Shown here: positions 11,883 to 25,248 of the stretch, piece after piece
Numbering within the stretch: the stretch's first letter is position 1
Layout: each line of letters starts with the position of its first letter
Assembly (NCBI GenBank): GCA_951406725.2
Contig: OX597817.1
Span: forward strand, 53,506,001 to 53,570,000
Length of the DNA stretch: 64,000 nucleotides
Direction of reading: 5' to 3'
Source of the DNA: Octopus vulgaris
Taxonomy: Eukaryota
The notes under the pieces: generated by a model
The model's database searches: none
Told to the model about the DNA's origin: nothing
Seen by the model: only the letters and a program-made list of their open reading frames with translations
Translations under genes and position numbers: made by a program

Positions 11883-12259
11883 AGCGCAAGCATGGCTGTG
11901 TGGCAAGTAGCTTTTTTACCAATCACATGGTTCCAGGCTCAGCACCACTGAGTGGCACCTTGGGCAAGTGTCTTCTACTATAGCCTAAGGCTGACCAAAG
12001 CCTTGTGAGTGGATTTGGTAGACGGAAACTGAAAGAAGCCCATCATATGTGTGTTTGTTTGTTCCCTCCCCCCATCATTGTTTGACAACTGATGTTGGTG
12101 TTTTTACACCCCGATAACTTAGCGGTTCGGGCAAAAGGGACTGGTAGGATAAGTACCAGGCTCACAAAGAATAAGTACTGGGGTCGATTTGTTTGACTAA
12201 AGGTGGTGCTCCAGCGTGGCTGCAGTCAAATGACTGAAACAAGTCAAAGAATAAAAGAA
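11883..12259 (+). mobile_element. tRNA-derived SINE family A, near full length
   Basis: Pol III A-box-like tggctgtgtgg and B-box-like ggttcagtccc head, shared body. At least nine copies in the window. Confidence 0.85.
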
Positions 12260-12298
12260 ATATATATATTTACATATATATATAATAAATATTAATGC

Positions 12299-12543
12299 GT
12301 CCTTTTAAAGCCTAGCCAGGCTCATGGGCCCGGTTTCCCGGTTTCAATGGCATATGTGTTCCCCAGCTGGATGGGATGTCAGTCCATCACAGCGTTACTC
12401 ATTTTTGCCAGCTGTGTGGACTGGAGCAACGTGAAATGAAGTGTTTTGCTCAAGAACACAACGCATTACCCAGTCCACGAATCGAAACCACAATCTTACG
12501 ATCATGATGCTGACACCCTAACCATTAAGCCACGCACCTCCAC
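12299..12543 (-). mobile_element. tRNA-derived SINE family D
   Basis: Minus strand has a tggcttaatgg...ggtttcgattc head and a ttcttgagcaaaacactt central motif. Relatives at about 8197-8420, 26990-27318, 28623-28752 and 29939-30220. Confidence 0.65.
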
Positions 12544-13974
12544 ACATATATATATATATGTCTATGAAGGTGTGTGTATTTAGAATAACTGCATTCATCA
12601 TCCCCATATTCCGTTCCAGCTTGTCAAAGGTTAATACATCTGCCTATCGTATTCATGTGGCTTTAGTTACCAAGAGCGACATGTTGGCATATTGCCCTCC
12701 ACTCAAACGCATGCATGTAAATTGATAGAAGGTAAACAGTTGAGTAAGAGCTGGTATTGAACAACCATCTTCTCTCTTCTGTCTGTCTGTCTGTCTGTCT
12801 CCCTCTATGTTGAAGTAACCTCGAGAGAGAGGGGGACTGGAGTTGGAGCTGGTATTGAATCACAATCCTCTCCCATGTTGCTATGCTTGTAACTCACCTT
12901 CGAACCAGAGAGGAACTTGGAAAATAGTTTTGAGATGAGAGGAAGATATATTGGCATAAAGTGTGTGTGTGTGTGAAGTTGGTTTGAAGAATTATGATGT
13001 GTAGTGGAGAATAGGGTGGATTTCTCTGTGCTTGTATGTCTAGGTTTTATGCGTGTGTGTGTGTGCTTGTGTTAGGGGAATGTATTTATATGAGTGTGTT
13101 TGGGTTGTCTGCTTTCCGTGCAGGTTTTGTGTTTGAACATCAAGCGTGTATATATATATATGTGTTATGTAAAGTTGAATTTGTGTGTTTGGTTAGAGAG
13201 AGAGAGGGTGGGTAGGGAGAATGTGTATGGGTGTTGCAGATGCATACGTGTTGGATTTCCGCGTATATATTATTTGCTGTGTATGTGTGGTTAGTGTGTG
13301 CATGCATGCATGTATGCATGTGAGTGTGTATGTGTGATTAACCATACATGTATGTTGTGTATATTTGTGTAGCTAGGATTCTGTTAATTCTTTGCCCTCA
13401 TCATATATTTGTGTAGCTAGGATTCTGTTAATTCTTTGCCCTCATTATGGTTTTGTGTGTACATTGCTTTGTGTGTGTGTGTGTGTGTATAACGGGGTGG
13501 GGGTGTTTGGATTAGTGTCTGTGTTCATTTATAATCCATTTCTTGTGCATGTGTTTATCTCTCTGTAAGTTCTGAATGTGTTTGTATAGGCATATATGTT
13601 TGTGTGTGAGTGTGTGTGTATCTCTGTGTAGTTCTGATATGTTTCTGTGTGAATATAAGTGAATTTGTCTATGGAATGCTGTGTGTGTGTGTGTGTTTGT
13701 GTATCTATCTCTCCGTTGGTCTCGATGTATTTCTCTGGTAATATATATATACATACATACAAAAATATTCATATATTTAAGGTGGCAAGCTGGTAGAAAC
13801 AGCATGCCGGCGAAGTGCTTAGCGGTATTTTGTCTGTCTTTATGTTCTGAGTTCAAATTTCGCCGAGGCCAACTTTGTCTTTCTTCCTTTTCAGGGTCAA
13901 TAATTAAGTACCAGTTGTGTACTTGGGTTGATCTAATCAACTGGCCCTCAACCCCAAAATTTTGTATATTTTAT

Positions 13975-14297
13975 CTTCTACTTGTGTCAGTCATTAGACT
14001 GTGGCCATGCTGGGGCACCATCTTGAAGAATCTTAGTCAAAAGAATTGACCCTAGTGCTACTCCCCCCCCCTCCTAAAGCCAAGTACTTGTTTTATTAGT
14101 CTGTTTTGCTGAACTACTAAATTACTGAAATGCAAACATACCAACACACAATAAGCTTCTTTCAGTTTCCGTCTTCCAAATCCACTTCCAAGGTGTTTGG
14201 TCCGCTCAGGGCTGTAGTTGAAGGCACTTACCCAAGGTGCCATGCAGTGGGACTGAACCCGGAACCAAGTGGTTGTGAAGCAAGCTTCTTACCACAC
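13975..14297 (-). mobile_element. SINE family A (diverged)
   Basis: Reverse-complement similarity to 11883-12259. Confidence 0.7.
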
Positions 14298-14389
14298 ATT
14301 CATGAAAGTGTGTTAAGTATATATTTCTATGGTCTTTAGTTAAGTTTTTAACTTTGCTGGCAAAGGTCATACTTGAGCATTGCTTTTTT

Positions 14390-14427
<38 letters not shown>

Positions 14428-15329
14428 TGTGTGTGTGTGTGTGCATGCATGTGCATTTGAAAGTCACTGTTGGTTAGCATTTCTATAACCTTACTGTATG
14501 TGTTTGTGTCAATCTGCATGTGGCTGTGATATCTGCAATGTGTATTTACAACATGCATGCCTTGCATAAAAAGCACCCACTACACTCTCGGAGTGGTTGG
14601 CGTTAGGAAGGGCATCCAGCTGTAGAAACTCTGCCAAATTAAGATTGGAGTCTGGTGCAGCCATCTGGTTTGCCAGCCCTCAGTGAAAATCGTCCAACCC
14701 ATGCTAGCATGGAAAGCGGACGTTAAACGATGATGATGCATCTGTGAAGTGTACGATGTATTTCCATAAATTGTGTGTGTATGTGTATGTAAAGTTTTGT
14801 CTGCACATCAATGTGTGTGATCTAGAGGTGGAGGAAAGCGTTTGAGGTGCTTGTGACTATCTTCATTCCTCAGTGTGTGTGTGTGTGTGCATGCGCATGT
14901 TTGTATAATAGAACGAAGAATTAAAGTGGGGAGTAGAGGGATGCGAGGTAACTTAAAATTCCACTGAGATCCAGGTGAAGTGTGGCTGATTAGACAGAGT
15001 ATATATAATATGGTGGCTTTACTCCCCTTTTCTCTTTCTCCCTCTCTCTCTTCCTCTCCTTCTCCATGTGTTTATGCTGCTCTTACCATGTGTATCTGTG
15101 TAGCTCTCTACCATGTATACTGGGTACCTCCTCTCTCTCTACATGTGTATGTATCTAGCTTTATCTCTCCATGCATATTTCTATGTATATTGCTGTCTCT
15201 GTCTGTCTATATCTCTCTCTTTCTCTCTCTTTCACTCTCTACATGTCTGTGTACGTTTTCTCCCCACCTCCTCCCTCAGGGTGCCAGCAGCAACTATGTG
15301 TGGTGGGGATTGTTATATGATAATATAAG

Positions 15330-15490
15330 TGGTGGTTGTAGTAGTAGTAGTAGTAGTAGTAGTTTTGGTGGTAGTAGATGCTGTAGTAGATAGTGGTGGT
15401 GGGGGTGGTGTTAGTAGATGCTGTAGTAGATAGTGGTGGTGGGGGTGGTGTTAGTAGATGCTGTAGTAGATAGTGGTGGTGGTGGTGGTA
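15330..15490. repeat. GTA/GGT simple repeats with a 39-bp unit repeated about three times
   Basis: tagatgctgtagtagatagtggtggtgg recurs at 39-bp spacing. Confidence 0.85.
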
Positions 15491-16005
15491 GCATTAAAGG
15501 CAACAGTTGCTGTATAGCCCCAAGTATCTGCTCTGCCCAAGCAGATGCATGATCAAAGACATTCCAGCTATGACCACCCTGTCTTGTAGTAATGGATACA
15601 GTATGTCTATCTCGGGCTACACTAATCAGTGTGTTGTCCTCTCCTTATTTATGACTGGAGGATAAGAGTGAAGGGAGATTTAATTGCTATTTCTAGCAGG
15701 GCGACTGACCATGTGAGAACTCCAGCATTGGTTTGTAATAGGGACTGTAAATGATGGTGGTGGTGGAGGTAGTGGTGGTGGAGGTAGTGGTGGTGGTGGG
15801 GAAGTAGATAATGGTAGTGGTGGTAGTAGAAGTACTATTCCACCTGCACCTGCTGTTCATTAGTGATGGTGGTGGTGGTGGTTGGGGGTGTTCGGAGGGG
15901 TTTACTTGCAGGTGATATCCTCCTCCTCCTGTCAAGGTCTTCTGAGGGGGTGTTGGTATTAGGGCGGAGGGTTAGGTAGTGTAGTAGGAAGGAAGGGTGG
16001 AGAGA

Positions 16006-16041
<36 letters not shown>

Positions 16042-17123
16042 CAGGTAGAACCAGCAGGGTGGGAGGTGATAAGAGTGAGTTGATTGCTGGTTGAAGAGAA
16101 AGAAATGAGAGATAAAGATGGAGGTGGGTAGGGTGGAAGAGATAGTAAAAAAAAGTGAGTGGAAGGATGTGGGGTGGAGATACAGGGGGAGTGAGAGGTG
16201 GGGGTGCAGTAGTGTTTTTTATTTTAATTGCTTTTACTGAATTAAAAATGTTGTTGAGAAGTTCCGATTGCATTTTAGCAACATCAGCTCTAACTGCTGC
16301 CAAAAGAGGTTAATGTATAGACATTGGTGGGTTCTTAACTAGGGATCCATTCCATATGGACCCCTAGGGGTCATATGGATTTTGTTGTTCAAGACTATCT
16401 GCAATAAATCACAATTACACTTCTACAATGCACAAAATATTTTAATTCCTTAATGCAATTCCTTGCAATATTTAGTTATAAAAATATCTTAGGTACAAGG
16501 CCTGAAAGTTTTGGGGAAGGGACCAGTCAATTAGATTGACCCCAGTATGCAACTGGTACTTAATTTTTTCAACCTGGAAAGGATGGAAGGCAAAGTTGAC
16601 CTCGGTGGAATTTGTTAGTTATAAAAATATGGAATGGTTATGAGGGTCCACCTGAGGAATCGAAGGGTGTCCATAAGCAAAACAGTGATTGAGAACCACT
16701 GATACACAGCTTATTTTTGGTCTAATTCCTGCAGGTCAACCTGCTTGAAGATTTATGATTAAAGATTTCCAGCCATAACCATATGTCAGACCTGATTGAG
16801 CAGCTACATGGGTAAAGATATTCAATTTGGTTGATTACCTGATCAATTTCTGGTGCCAATGGCGCTTCAAATAATACACCTCAACATGGTGTTATCATCG
16901 ACTGTTCAATTCCTTGAAATGCTTCTATCTACTTGTTCTCATTGTCAAGGCTACTTTACCCTATATAATTTACCTGGAAGCTGTTGTTAATTATTCCAAT
17001 TACATTGTAGTACTTTCAGGACATGCTGTGGTAGTATTGAATTCTTCTCAATAAGAGTAACTTGTTCTAGTCATTACCTGTGTATCTGCCTTCCTATCTG
17101 TTCATTTATCAATGGGTGTGTGT

Positions 17124-17743
17124 AGGTGCAGTTGTGTGGTAAGAAGCTTGCTTCCCAACCACATGGTTCCGGGTTCAGTCCCACTGCGTGGCACCTTTTG
17201 ACAAGTGTCTTCTACTATAGCCTCAGGCTGATCAAAGCCTTGGGTGTGGATTTGGTAGATGGAAACTGAAAGAAATGTGTCTGTCTGTGTTTGTCCCTCC
17301 TCCATCACCACCACCACTACTTAATGACTGTTGTTGGTATGCTTATGTCCTCATAAGTTAGTAGTTCGGCAAAAAACATACGATAGGCGCTAGAGTGGCT
17401 GTGTTGCAAGTAGCTTGCTTCCCAACCACATGGTTCCAGGTTCAGTCCCACTGCATGGCACCTTGGGCAAGTGTCTGAAAGAAGCCTGTCATATATATAT
17501 AATATATCTGTGTGTGTGTGTGTGTATGTATGTATGTTTGTGTGTCTGTATCCCCCCCCCTCACCATTGCTTGACAACCAATGTTGCTGTGTTTACGTCC
17601 CCGTAACTTAGTGGTTCAGCAAAAGACACTGATAGAATAAATACTAGGCTTACAAAAAATAAATCCTGAGGTCGATTTGTTCGACTAAAGGTGGTGCTCC
17701 AGCATGGCTGCAGTCAAATGACTGAAACAAATAAAAGAAAAAA

Positions 17744-17745
<2 letters not shown>
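17124..17745 (+). mobile_element. SINE family A, two consecutive copies
   Basis: Heads at about 17124 and 17386. Confidence 0.8.
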
Positions 17746-17783
<38 letters not shown>

Positions 17784-18690
17784 TGTGCATGTGTATCTGC
17801 TTTCCCAAATCAATCCATCTCTCTCTCCCTCTCTCTCTTGCCCTAATTTCTATCTACCACTTTGCTTCTCCATTGCTATTTAATATTCCCCTTAGAACTG
17901 CTAAAACTAATTTTTACCTTCAAATGTTCATCAGACACTACAAATTACATATTGGTGTTTCCAAAAATTTTTTTTTCTTGTCTCCGGCTTCCACTTCCTT
18001 CAATTCCCCCTCCATCTCAATATGTTATTTCTCACCCTGTAGTTCAATCCACACTGTTTCTGTATCATTCCTTACTCTCTCTCTCATCACCAGTGAATGC
18101 TTGTGTGTATGTGTGGAGAGGCATCGGAGGTGGATGGTGTTATAGTAAAGCGTATTAAAGAGCTGTTGCACTCTGTGATGCATCTACCCCTACCCGGCTA
18201 GAGTGCCATTCCTTTCATCAACTGATTTAACAGGCTTTTGATGTGAGAATCACATCAAAGGACAATCTCAATATTTAAAACAGATTCTATTAATGTCAAA
18301 CTGGGGGAGGGTTTATTGTTATTGGCAGTGGTAGCAGGATAGAGGAGGGTGGTTGTGAGGCCATGGTAACAGTACCTCTCTAGTATTGGTATTGATGATG
18401 GTGGTGGTGGTGGTGGGGCTGTTGTTGGTCATTGTAGGAAGCTGGTGGAGATGGTGATGTTGATAAAGATAACAAGGATTGTGGAGGAGGAGGAGGAGGA
18501 GGTGAGATATTCTTTTCTTTTTTTTTTTCCTGAAGGTTTCTTTCTAAGCAGCAAGTAGAATTGTGACCCTCCCCCCAGCACCAGTCCTTGTTGACTTCAA
18601 GGTTCCTAAATTCCACCCTCCCACCCACTAACCAAACCATTTTTTTGTCTGTTATCATCTCTTGTTTTACATTACCACTACCATCATCCA

Positions 18691-18722
<32 letters not shown>

Positions 18723-19660
18723 ACTTCTACTACCACCACCACCACCACCACCACCACCTTCTGCAATATTTTCTTTATTATAGTTACTACCACTATCCTA
18801 ATTTTATGACATCTCTTACCTTTCTCTGCTGTATGTGTGTGTACTCATCAATATGCACATGTGCGCGCGCGCATACACACACATCTAACTCTTCACTTGA
18901 GCTTTGATCTTTTATTCACCACTCCCGACCCCCTTGTTCAAATATCCCCATCCTCATTGTCGCCTGTTCCAATATTTGAAGTTTCACTCCATGTTCCTCC
19001 TCCACCTCCTACCCCTCCTCCATCAGTTTGTGTACCCCTCCACCGCACCAACACCCAGTTCTCTTTGAACTTGTTAACTCCTCTTCCTTGTAGTAAAACC
19101 TTGTAACTCTGTGGCATTACAAACTATATGTGATGCCCCTCCCATCTCACCCCTGCCCCCTCAGTATTGCTGTAGATGGAACCATTGACTGTTGTTCTGT
19201 TTGTATCTCACTGGGAGGTCAGTAATTCCAGAGACACCTGCTGCCAGAAACCTGTGGGTTATTGGTTAGAATTGGAAGACAGCCATCCAATGTACTCACA
19301 CAAGAAGACATCACTGCTTCCATCAGCCTCATACATGGTCAGGTTATGTATGTGTATGTGTGTGTGTGTGTATATATGCATGTTTTTATTTATTTATTTA
19401 TGTATGTGTGTGTGTGTGTGTGTATATGCCTATGTATATTAGGTTTTGAGATGATGTACAGGTATTATATATTAAAAGAAATAAGGTACTCAGAAATCTG
19501 GATGGTTTTATATTTACAGATATTAATATTATACGTACGTATCATCATCATCATCATCATCGTTTAACGTCCGCCTTCCATGCCTGCATGGGTTGAATGA
19601 TTTTGACTGAGGGCTGGTGAACCAGAAGGCCACACCAGGCTCAAATCTTGATCTGGCAGA

Positions 19661-20039
19661 CATATACACACATATAAAGATGCAACATATATCTGTATAA
19701 ATACATAGCTGCTGACTTACATGCATGTATGCATACATGCATATAAGCATATGTACATATATGCATACATACATATAAATTGATTTGTGTTTTTTTTTTT
19801 ATTATAACATAATGTATTATACATATAAAATATCTCTGCATAAGGAGTAAGTGCTTACTTACTCCTTATGCAGAGGTATGTTTATACATATAATATGTTA
19901 TCTTAAAATGAAAATTTAAAAAAAAAACACAAATCAATTTATATCTATGTATGCTTATATACATGTATGCATACATGCATGTAAATCATCTATGTATTTA
20001 TATACATATGTGTTGTATCTTTATATGTGTGTGTGTATG
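19661..20039. repeat. Imperfect palindrome with perfect 19-bp central stem and 4-nt loop
   Basis: ctctgcataaggagtaagt-gctt-acttactccttatgcagag at 19834-19875; the arms extend about 190 bp on each side. Confidence 0.85.
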
Positions 20040-20964
20040 ATAAAAGATGGGTGTTAAATGATGGTGAGACGTATCTAATATATAAAATAGAGGTATGTGT
20101 GTATTCGCTTTCCACAAGAAAACGGCTTCATCTATTGTTTCCATACTCGTGATGCATTTCGGACAAATAATAGGCTCTTCATTTGATTTTTTTTAATTAA
20201 AAATAAAAAATATTGCTTTTTATGTTACAGTCATGTCTTTGAAATATTTTTAAATATTTACTTCCGGTTTTCTAGCGTCAATGACACAGCACATCTCTCT
20301 ATCTATACCTCTCTATAACATATCTTTCTATCTATATGTATATCTATATCTCTCTTGCTTTTTATATTACGTTCACATCTTTGAAAGTTTTAAAAATATT
20401 TTCTACCAGTTTTCTAGTATCTGTAACTTAACATATGCTCTCTATCTATATCTCTCTATTTATATCTCTCTATCTTTCTATATCTTATCTATCTATCCAT
20501 CCATCCATCCATATTTCTCTCATTTCTCAAATATATATATATACACACCAGTGGTTCCCAACCTTTTTATTTAAAAGAGTTTTCCCTTTGCGGACCCCAG
20601 GTTGGGAATCACTGATGTATATGTATATATAAATGAGAAAATGTGAATTGCTGATGTTGTTTTGGTTTATTGTCAGTCTGTTGCCTCAATCAAGTAGTTT
20701 TTCATATTGAAGCTGACAGCAGAGACTTTACATGGTCACTAGCCCTGCTAGAAATAGCAGCCAAATCTTTTTCAAAAGTGGTTAGTCACATTAGATAATG
20801 TAGCCCTAGGTGTGCTATGTTTATATAATAAATGTTGTTGGCTTGAACATCTTTGATCATGCGTTTTTGTTGTTGGTGTTTTTAATTGTAGGCTTGTTAT
20901 GATTCGATTCTTCAGCCATGGCCATTCTGTCTTTGTTTAGGATGTAATATATCCTGGCTCCCTT

Positions 20965-21250
20965 GAACATGGCCAATGCCAGTTCTCCCTGACTGGCTCC
21001 TGCTCCAGTGGCATGTAAAAAGCATTATCCAAACATGGTTGATGCCAGGGCTGCCTGACTGGCTCCTGTGCTGGTGGCATGTAAAAAGCACCCACTACAC
21101 TCTGAGTGGTTGGCGTTAAGAAAGGCATCCAGCTGTAGAAACAATGCCAGATCAGATTGGAGCCTGGTGCAGTTGCTGGCTCTCCAGACTGGAGTCGAAC
21201 CATCCAATCCATGCCAGCATGGAAAACGGACATTAACTGATGATGATGAT
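20965..21250 (+). mobile_element. SINE family C
   Basis: Matches 7777-8048. Confidence 0.75.
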
Positions 21251-21811
21251 GTTTCCATTATCTTGAATATATGTCAACTTCCTCTTTTAACCTGTAGGTG
21301 TGTGGTTTGAGGAATATTTGGTTGCTATTTCTTCATAGTGTCAGGCAGCTGTATAGAGGCTGTGCCATTGGTTCTAAGATCTGGTGGGTCAATTTTGGGC
21401 TGATGGGGTTAAACCAAAGCTTAATTACCAATGCCATAAATCAAAGAGGGAATCTAAACCAAGATGGTTGACTTGTTAGAAATAGCAGACAAATTTCCTC
21501 CCTCAAATTACATTATAACCTCTTAGAAAATGAAAGACATATTTGAAAATGTTGCCTAAGCTATTAAAATGTTGCCTAAGCTATTAATGGAATGTCTTTG
21601 ATCATAGAACTGTCAAAACGGGTCTGGTTAGGACTAAACAACAAACCATTTTGAAAAAATAGAATTTAAAACACTTTTAAATCTTCTGTTTAATTTATTT
21701 TGGAGAGGCAAAGAGAAAGAGAATTTTGGAAAATTTTCCCATCTTACACTTTGTTTTGCTGAGTTAAATTTTAACCTTTAATTTTTTTTCTGTTTTTCTT
21801 CTATTTTCCAG

Positions 21812-21948
21812 AAATATCGCAATTGGAATTACGAAGAATAGATTTTTCTGCCAATAAGATATCATCAATTCCAATAGTTTTTCGGTCAATGAATACGTTA
21901 GAGGAAATGATTCTGGATCACAATCCTTTAACGACACCTCCAGCACAT
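21812..21948 (+). CDS. LRCH: Internal coding exon (last leucine-rich repeats) of an LRCH-family protein
   Basis: Polypyrimidine tract and ttccag| acceptor, |gtaagt donor, 137 nt, phase 1 to 0. Encodes (E)ISQLELRRIDFSANKISSIPIVFRSMNTLEEMILDHNPLTTPPAH: two LxxLxLxxN repeats ending in the NPLxxPP cap typical of LRCH proteins. Confidence 0.92.
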
Positions 21949-22132
21949 GTAAGTGACGTATTTTTATTTCTGCACATTGCTGTGTGTGTGTGTGTGTGCG
22001 CGCACGTATGTGCGTCTGTGTGTGCATGTGTGCACACGTGTAGTGATTATAATGAATGGCAGCAATGTTGACGATGATGTTTAGATTCAGGTAGGATCTC
22101 CTTGAGCAGACCTCTTATTAAATATTAATATT

Positions 22133-22542
22133 TATTTCTTTATTGCCCAGAAGGGGCTAAACATAGAGTGGACAAACAAGGACAGACAAAGGGATTAAGT
22201 CGATTACATCGACCCCAGTGCGTAACGGGTACTTATTTAATCGACCCCGAAAAGATGAAAAGCAGAGTCAACCTCGGCAGAATTTGAACTCAGAACGTAA
22301 CGGCAGACAAAATACCTATTTCTTTATTACCCACAAGGGGCTAAACATAGAGGGGACAAACAAGGACAGACAAAGGGATTAAGTCGATTACATCGACCCC
22401 AGTGCGTAACGGGTACTTATTTAATCGACCCCGCAAAGATGAAAGGCAGAGTCAACCTCGGCAGAATTTGAACTCAGAATGTAACGGCAGACAAAATACC
22501 GCTAAGCATTTCACCCAGCGTGCTAACGTTTCTGCTAACCTC
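22133..22542 (-). mobile_element. SINE family B with ~183-bp tandem duplication
   Basis: Two near-identical consecutive units, just downstream of the LRR exon. Confidence 0.85.
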
Positions 22543-22705
22543 GTATTGCATGAGGAATGTATGTATGTAGGTAGTGCAATGAGAGGGAGAAATTTGGGAA
22601 GTACTAGTATCCCTCTGTGTATGTAAGTAAACATATAATGTAATTATGGTGTGTATGTGAGAGAGAGAGTTTGTGTGTGTGTGAGAAAGAGTGTTTCTCT
22701 GCATA

Positions 22706-22736
<31 letters not shown>

Positions 22737-23929
22737 TGTAGGCCATTAACTACCTCCATCTATTTTTTAAAATAAATCATGATGTAGGAAATGTCTTTTC
22801 TGACTCAGTGTTTTCTCAGGTGAAACACATATGCATGCATACGCACACACACATGCACACACACACTCATGCAGGCACATGCTTGCTTGCGCTTGGTCTT
22901 ATTTTCACCCCTTTGCCCCAGTCACTTTCCATGCAGATAATCTCCTCCTGTTTCTGGCTAAGGACCATTCTTCCCCACCCCACCCAACACCCCCACCCAT
23001 CACTGAGTCATAATAAATCAGTTTGTCATATTGTTGCTCCTCTCTTCCCCAACATCCCATCTCAAATGTAGAACAGAGAAGGGTCAGTTAGGAGGGAGGG
23101 GCTATGGGCTCTCCACCCTCACTCCTGTGGCTCTACTGTTCTGCTCCATTTGTTTCCACATTCAGTTACCAGTGCTGGTAATGGTGGTGGTGGTGGTGGT
23201 GTGTTACTGAGTCATTGAACTTCTTTGTTCATCCCCCACCCCACTTGTGGAAGCTGTAGTCTAAGGGAGAGAGAGAGAGAGAGATAGGAATAAAAGCTAC
23301 CTCACTATCTTATTCCCTTTTCTCCATGGTCAATGCCCCTATTCTCCCCCCCCCCTGTTCTTTTGCCCACCCTTCTACATCTGACCTCATCTCCCATCTA
23401 TGCTTTCTTCATCATCATCATCACCGCCATCAACACCACCATCACCACCACCATCTTCACCACCACCATCTTCATCACCACCATCTTCATCATCACCACC
23501 ATCATCACCATCATCATCATTGCTATGATCAACAGTATTATTTCTGTACTCTAATAAGCAACATTAACCACCCCCACTCCCCCATAATCTTTGAGTCATT
23601 CTGCAATCAAATTTTTGCTGTTTATCTTTGAACCCATTTATTCTCTTTGAACCATATGTCAAGTGGCACTGAACTAGTACCGTTGTTGTGGCAACAGAGT
23701 TGCTGTTGCCCATGGTTACACAGAACTGTTGCCATTCCTAGAACTGAGCTGGTACCACTGATACAATGCTACAGAACCAGTAGCATTGTTGGGGTACACA
23801 GTTGGTGTCACATGGCACAGAGAGCTATGACTCTATGCTTAGGGCATCAAAAGAAGTGATGGTGGGAGGGTCGGTGGGGATTATCACAGAAATGATAAAT
23901 GGTTTATGGCACAAAAGGAATCACTTTAA

Positions 23930-24150
23930 CCCTTTTGTTACCAACCCCACTGAAACTGCCTCTGACCCTGTAGTACAAATGTCTTGTTTTCATAAGTTTT
24001 GAATTAAAGTCTTCCAACAAACCTTAGTCACAATTTATGTTCCTAACACTAGCTTAATGATAACTAAGTTATTTTACTAAATTCTTTGTTATATTTAAAA
24101 TAATTGAGAGAAACAGAGAGCATCTAAAAATAAATATGGTAACGAAAGGG
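23930..24150. mobile_element. piggyBac-type MITE (about 220 bp)
   Basis: TTAA|CCCTTTTGTTACC ... GGTAACGAAAGGG|TTAA: TTAA target duplication and CCC...GGG terminal inverted repeats. Homologous copies at 38230 and 52734. Confidence 0.8.
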
Positions 24151-24371
24151 TTAAACTTGCCAAAATGATATTCGATATGGTTTATATGATCGGAAATATA
24201 ATTTCAAAGTGTTCTTGATGCCATAATGAAGGACACAATATGCTGTCAGGTATTGAACTTACAACCTTGCAATCATAAGCCATGCACCTTCAAATTACAG
24301 AAATATAAGCAACAAAGCAGTATTTTGTCAAATTAGTAAGATCTATATGACAGGCATTGCTGTCATCATGA

Positions 24372-25248
24372 TCATCATCATCATCTGCTTTCCATGCTAG
24401 CTTGGGTTGGATGGTTTGACTGAGGAGTGGCAAGCCGGGAGGCTGCACCAGGCTCTAATCTTTTCTGGTAAGGTTTCTACAGCTGGATGCCCTTCCCAAC
24501 ACCAACCACTCCAAGAGTGTAGTGGGTGCTTTTTACATGCCACCGGCACAGGAGCTAGTCAGGTGGCACTGGCAGTTACCATGCTTGAATGGTGCTTTTT
24601 ATGTGCCACTAATACGGCGGCCAGTCAGGCGGTACTGGATTCGACCATGCTCGAATGGTGTTTTTTATATGCCACCAATACAGCAGCCAGTCAAGTGGTA
24701 CTGGCATTAACCATGCTCGAATGGTGCTTTTTACATGCCACCAGTCCAGAAGCCAGTCAGGCGGCACTGGCATTAACTGCACTCTGTGTGGTTAAGAAGT
24801 TTGCCTTGCAACCAAGTGGTTTTGAGTTCAGTACCATTGCTCAGTATCTTGGGCAAGTGTCTGCTACTGTAGCCTTGGAACGACCAATTCCTTGTGTGTA
24901 GATTTGGTTGACAGAAACTAGTAAACTTGTCTTATGTGTATATCATCATCATACGTCTGTTTTCCGTGCTAGCATGGATTGGACGGTTCGACCGGGGTCT
25001 GGGAAGGCAGGAGGCTGCACCAGGCTCCAGTTTGATCTTGCAGTGTTCCTACAGCTGGATACCCTTCCTAACGTCAGCCACTCCATGAGTGTAGCGGGTG
25101 CTTTTTATGTGCCAGGGGAGGCTGGAGCAGCCACGATTGGTTGGTACTTTTTATGGTACTTTTTATGGTACTTTTATGGTTGGTACTTTTTATGTGCCTC
25201 CGGCACAGAAGCCATGTTCAGATGGTGCTTTTTACGTGCCACCGGTGG
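24372..25248 (-). mobile_element. Cluster of SINE family C copies with internal ~60-bp repeats, plus a family A fragment
   Basis: Reverse complement of family C; ggtgctttttaYRtgccacc is repeated. Confidence 0.75.

Noticed and set aside
11883-11960. tRNA-like A and B boxes
   Set aside because: These are SINE heads without a cloverleaf; no genuine tRNA or rRNA gene was recognised in the window.
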